NCBI GenBank assembly: GCA_964428655.1
Contig: CAYRYE010000001.1
Coordinates: forward strand, 9,328-73,327
Length of the DNA: 64,000 nucleotides
Origin: an uncultured Gammaproteobacteria bacterium
Lineage (GTDB): Bacteria; Patescibacteriota; Microgenomatia; UBA12405; JAHJSD01
Direction of reading: 5' to 3'
Part shown: positions 63,048-64,000 of the stretch, one piece after another
Layout: the number at the start of each line of letters is the position of its first letter
How positions within the stretch are numbered: the stretch's first letter is position 1
Notes under the pieces: model-generated
Database searches by the model: none
Told to the model about the DNA's origin: nothing
The model's input: the letters and a program-made list of their open reading frames with translations, nothing else
Program-made: the position numbers and the translations under genes

Positions 63048-64000
63048 ATGGCAAAACAATTAGTTATTGGAGAGAAAGCAAGACAGGCGATTTTAAGGGG
63101 AGTTGAGATTTTAACTCAGGCGGTAGCAACTACTTTAGGGCCTCGGGGGCGGAATGTAGCGATTGATAAAAAATGGGGTACTCCTAATGTAATCCATGAT
63201 GGAGTTAGTGTAGCTAAAGAAATAGAATTACCGGATCCTTTTGAAAATATGGGGGCCCAGTTGATTAAAGAAGCAGCTTCCAAAACCAATGATGTTGCTG
63301 GCGATGGCACTACCACGGCAACAATCCTAAGCCAGGCGATTATTAAAGAAGGGTTGAAAAATGTTACTGCCGGCGCTAATCCGATGATTATTAAGAAAGG
63401 AATTGAGAAAGCGGGTAAAGCAGTGGTGAAGGAGCTTAAGAAAATGGCAAACCAAGTTAAAAGTGACGAGGAAATTGTCAATGTGGCCACTATTTCTGCT
63501 GGTGATGCCGAGATTGGTGTCAAAATCGCTGAAGCCTTAAAGAGAGTAGGTAAAAATGGGGTAGTGACTGTTGAAGAAGGTCGAGGACTGGAGATGGAAA
63601 TTGTTTACAAAGAAGGAATGGCTTTTGATCAGGGTTATGTTTCTCCTTACTTTGTTACTGACCCTTCCGGCATGGAGGCGGTAATAGAAAATCCACATAT
63701 TTTAATTACTGACAAGAAAATTTCTTCAGCTCAGGAGATTTTGCCTTTTTTGGAGAACATTGTTAAAGTCAACAAAAATTTTGTCATTATTGCCGAGGAT
63801 ATTGAAGGCGAGGCTTTAGCTACTCTAGTAGTTAATAAACTCAGGGGTACTTTTAACTGTTTGGTGATTAAAGCGCCTGGTTTTGGTGATCGAAGAAAGG
63901 CGATGCTTGAGGATATTGCTGTTTTGATTGGAGGGAAAGTAATCTCTGAAGACACTGGTCAAAAACTTGAATCAGTTCAACCGGATGACTGTGGTCAGGC
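63048..64000 (+). CDS. groEL: Chaperonin GroEL (partial)
   Basis: MAKQL...[18 protein letters not shown] and [10 protein letters not shown]. Confidence 0.97.
   Translation, partial: MAKQLVIGEKARQAILRGVEILTQAVATTLGPRGRNVAIDKKWGTPNVIHDGVSVAKEIELPDPFENMGAQLIKEAASKTNDVAGDGTTTATILSQAIIKEGLKNVTAGANPMIIKKGIEKAGKAVVKELKKMANQVKSDEEIVNVATISAGDAEIGVKIAEALKRVGKNGVVTVEEGRGLEMEIVYKEGMAFDQGYVSPYFVTDPSGMEAVIENPHILITDKKISSAQEILPFLENIVKVNKNFVIIAEDIEGEALATLVVNKLRGTFNCLVIKAPGFGDRRKAMLEDIAVLIGGKVISEDTGQKLESVQPDDCGQ

Noticed and set aside
63116-63955. Minus-strand ORFs of 135 aa and 74 aa
   Set aside because: These are antisense shadows of groEL.

Overview
This is the replication-origin region of a Patescibacteria (CPR) genome. 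It is Microgenomates-like, judged from the divergent 16S, the unlinked rRNA genes, the stand-alone 5'-3' exonuclease and the CPR-type T4SS genes. The RNA genes are a minus-strand 23S rRNA interrupted by a LAGLIDADG-carrying group I intron, an unlinked plus-strand 16S rRNA, tmRNA and three tRNAs. Housekeeping genes include rtcB, recF, rplY, smpB, jag-yidC-rnpA-rpmH-dnaA-(PP2C)-oriC-dnaN, uppS, ftsH, a Xer recombinase, mutM, RNase HI and groES-groEL. A dispersed T4SS is present (VirB4, PrgI, CHAP hydrolase, VirD4-like, VirB6-like and eight VirB2-like pilins), as is a 7TM plus three ATP-grasp ligase operon. Four signals are most unusual: (1) identical hairpin elements copied into different helices of the 23S and into both 16S and 23S; (2) an SD/mini-ORF/terminator leader in front of the unlinked 23S gene; (3) a thiouridylase-like/Fmt fusion directly downstream of a non-canonical initiator tRNA; (4) altered 16S decoding-site bases together with widespread apparently leaderless genes. 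All calls were made by eye, without database searches.
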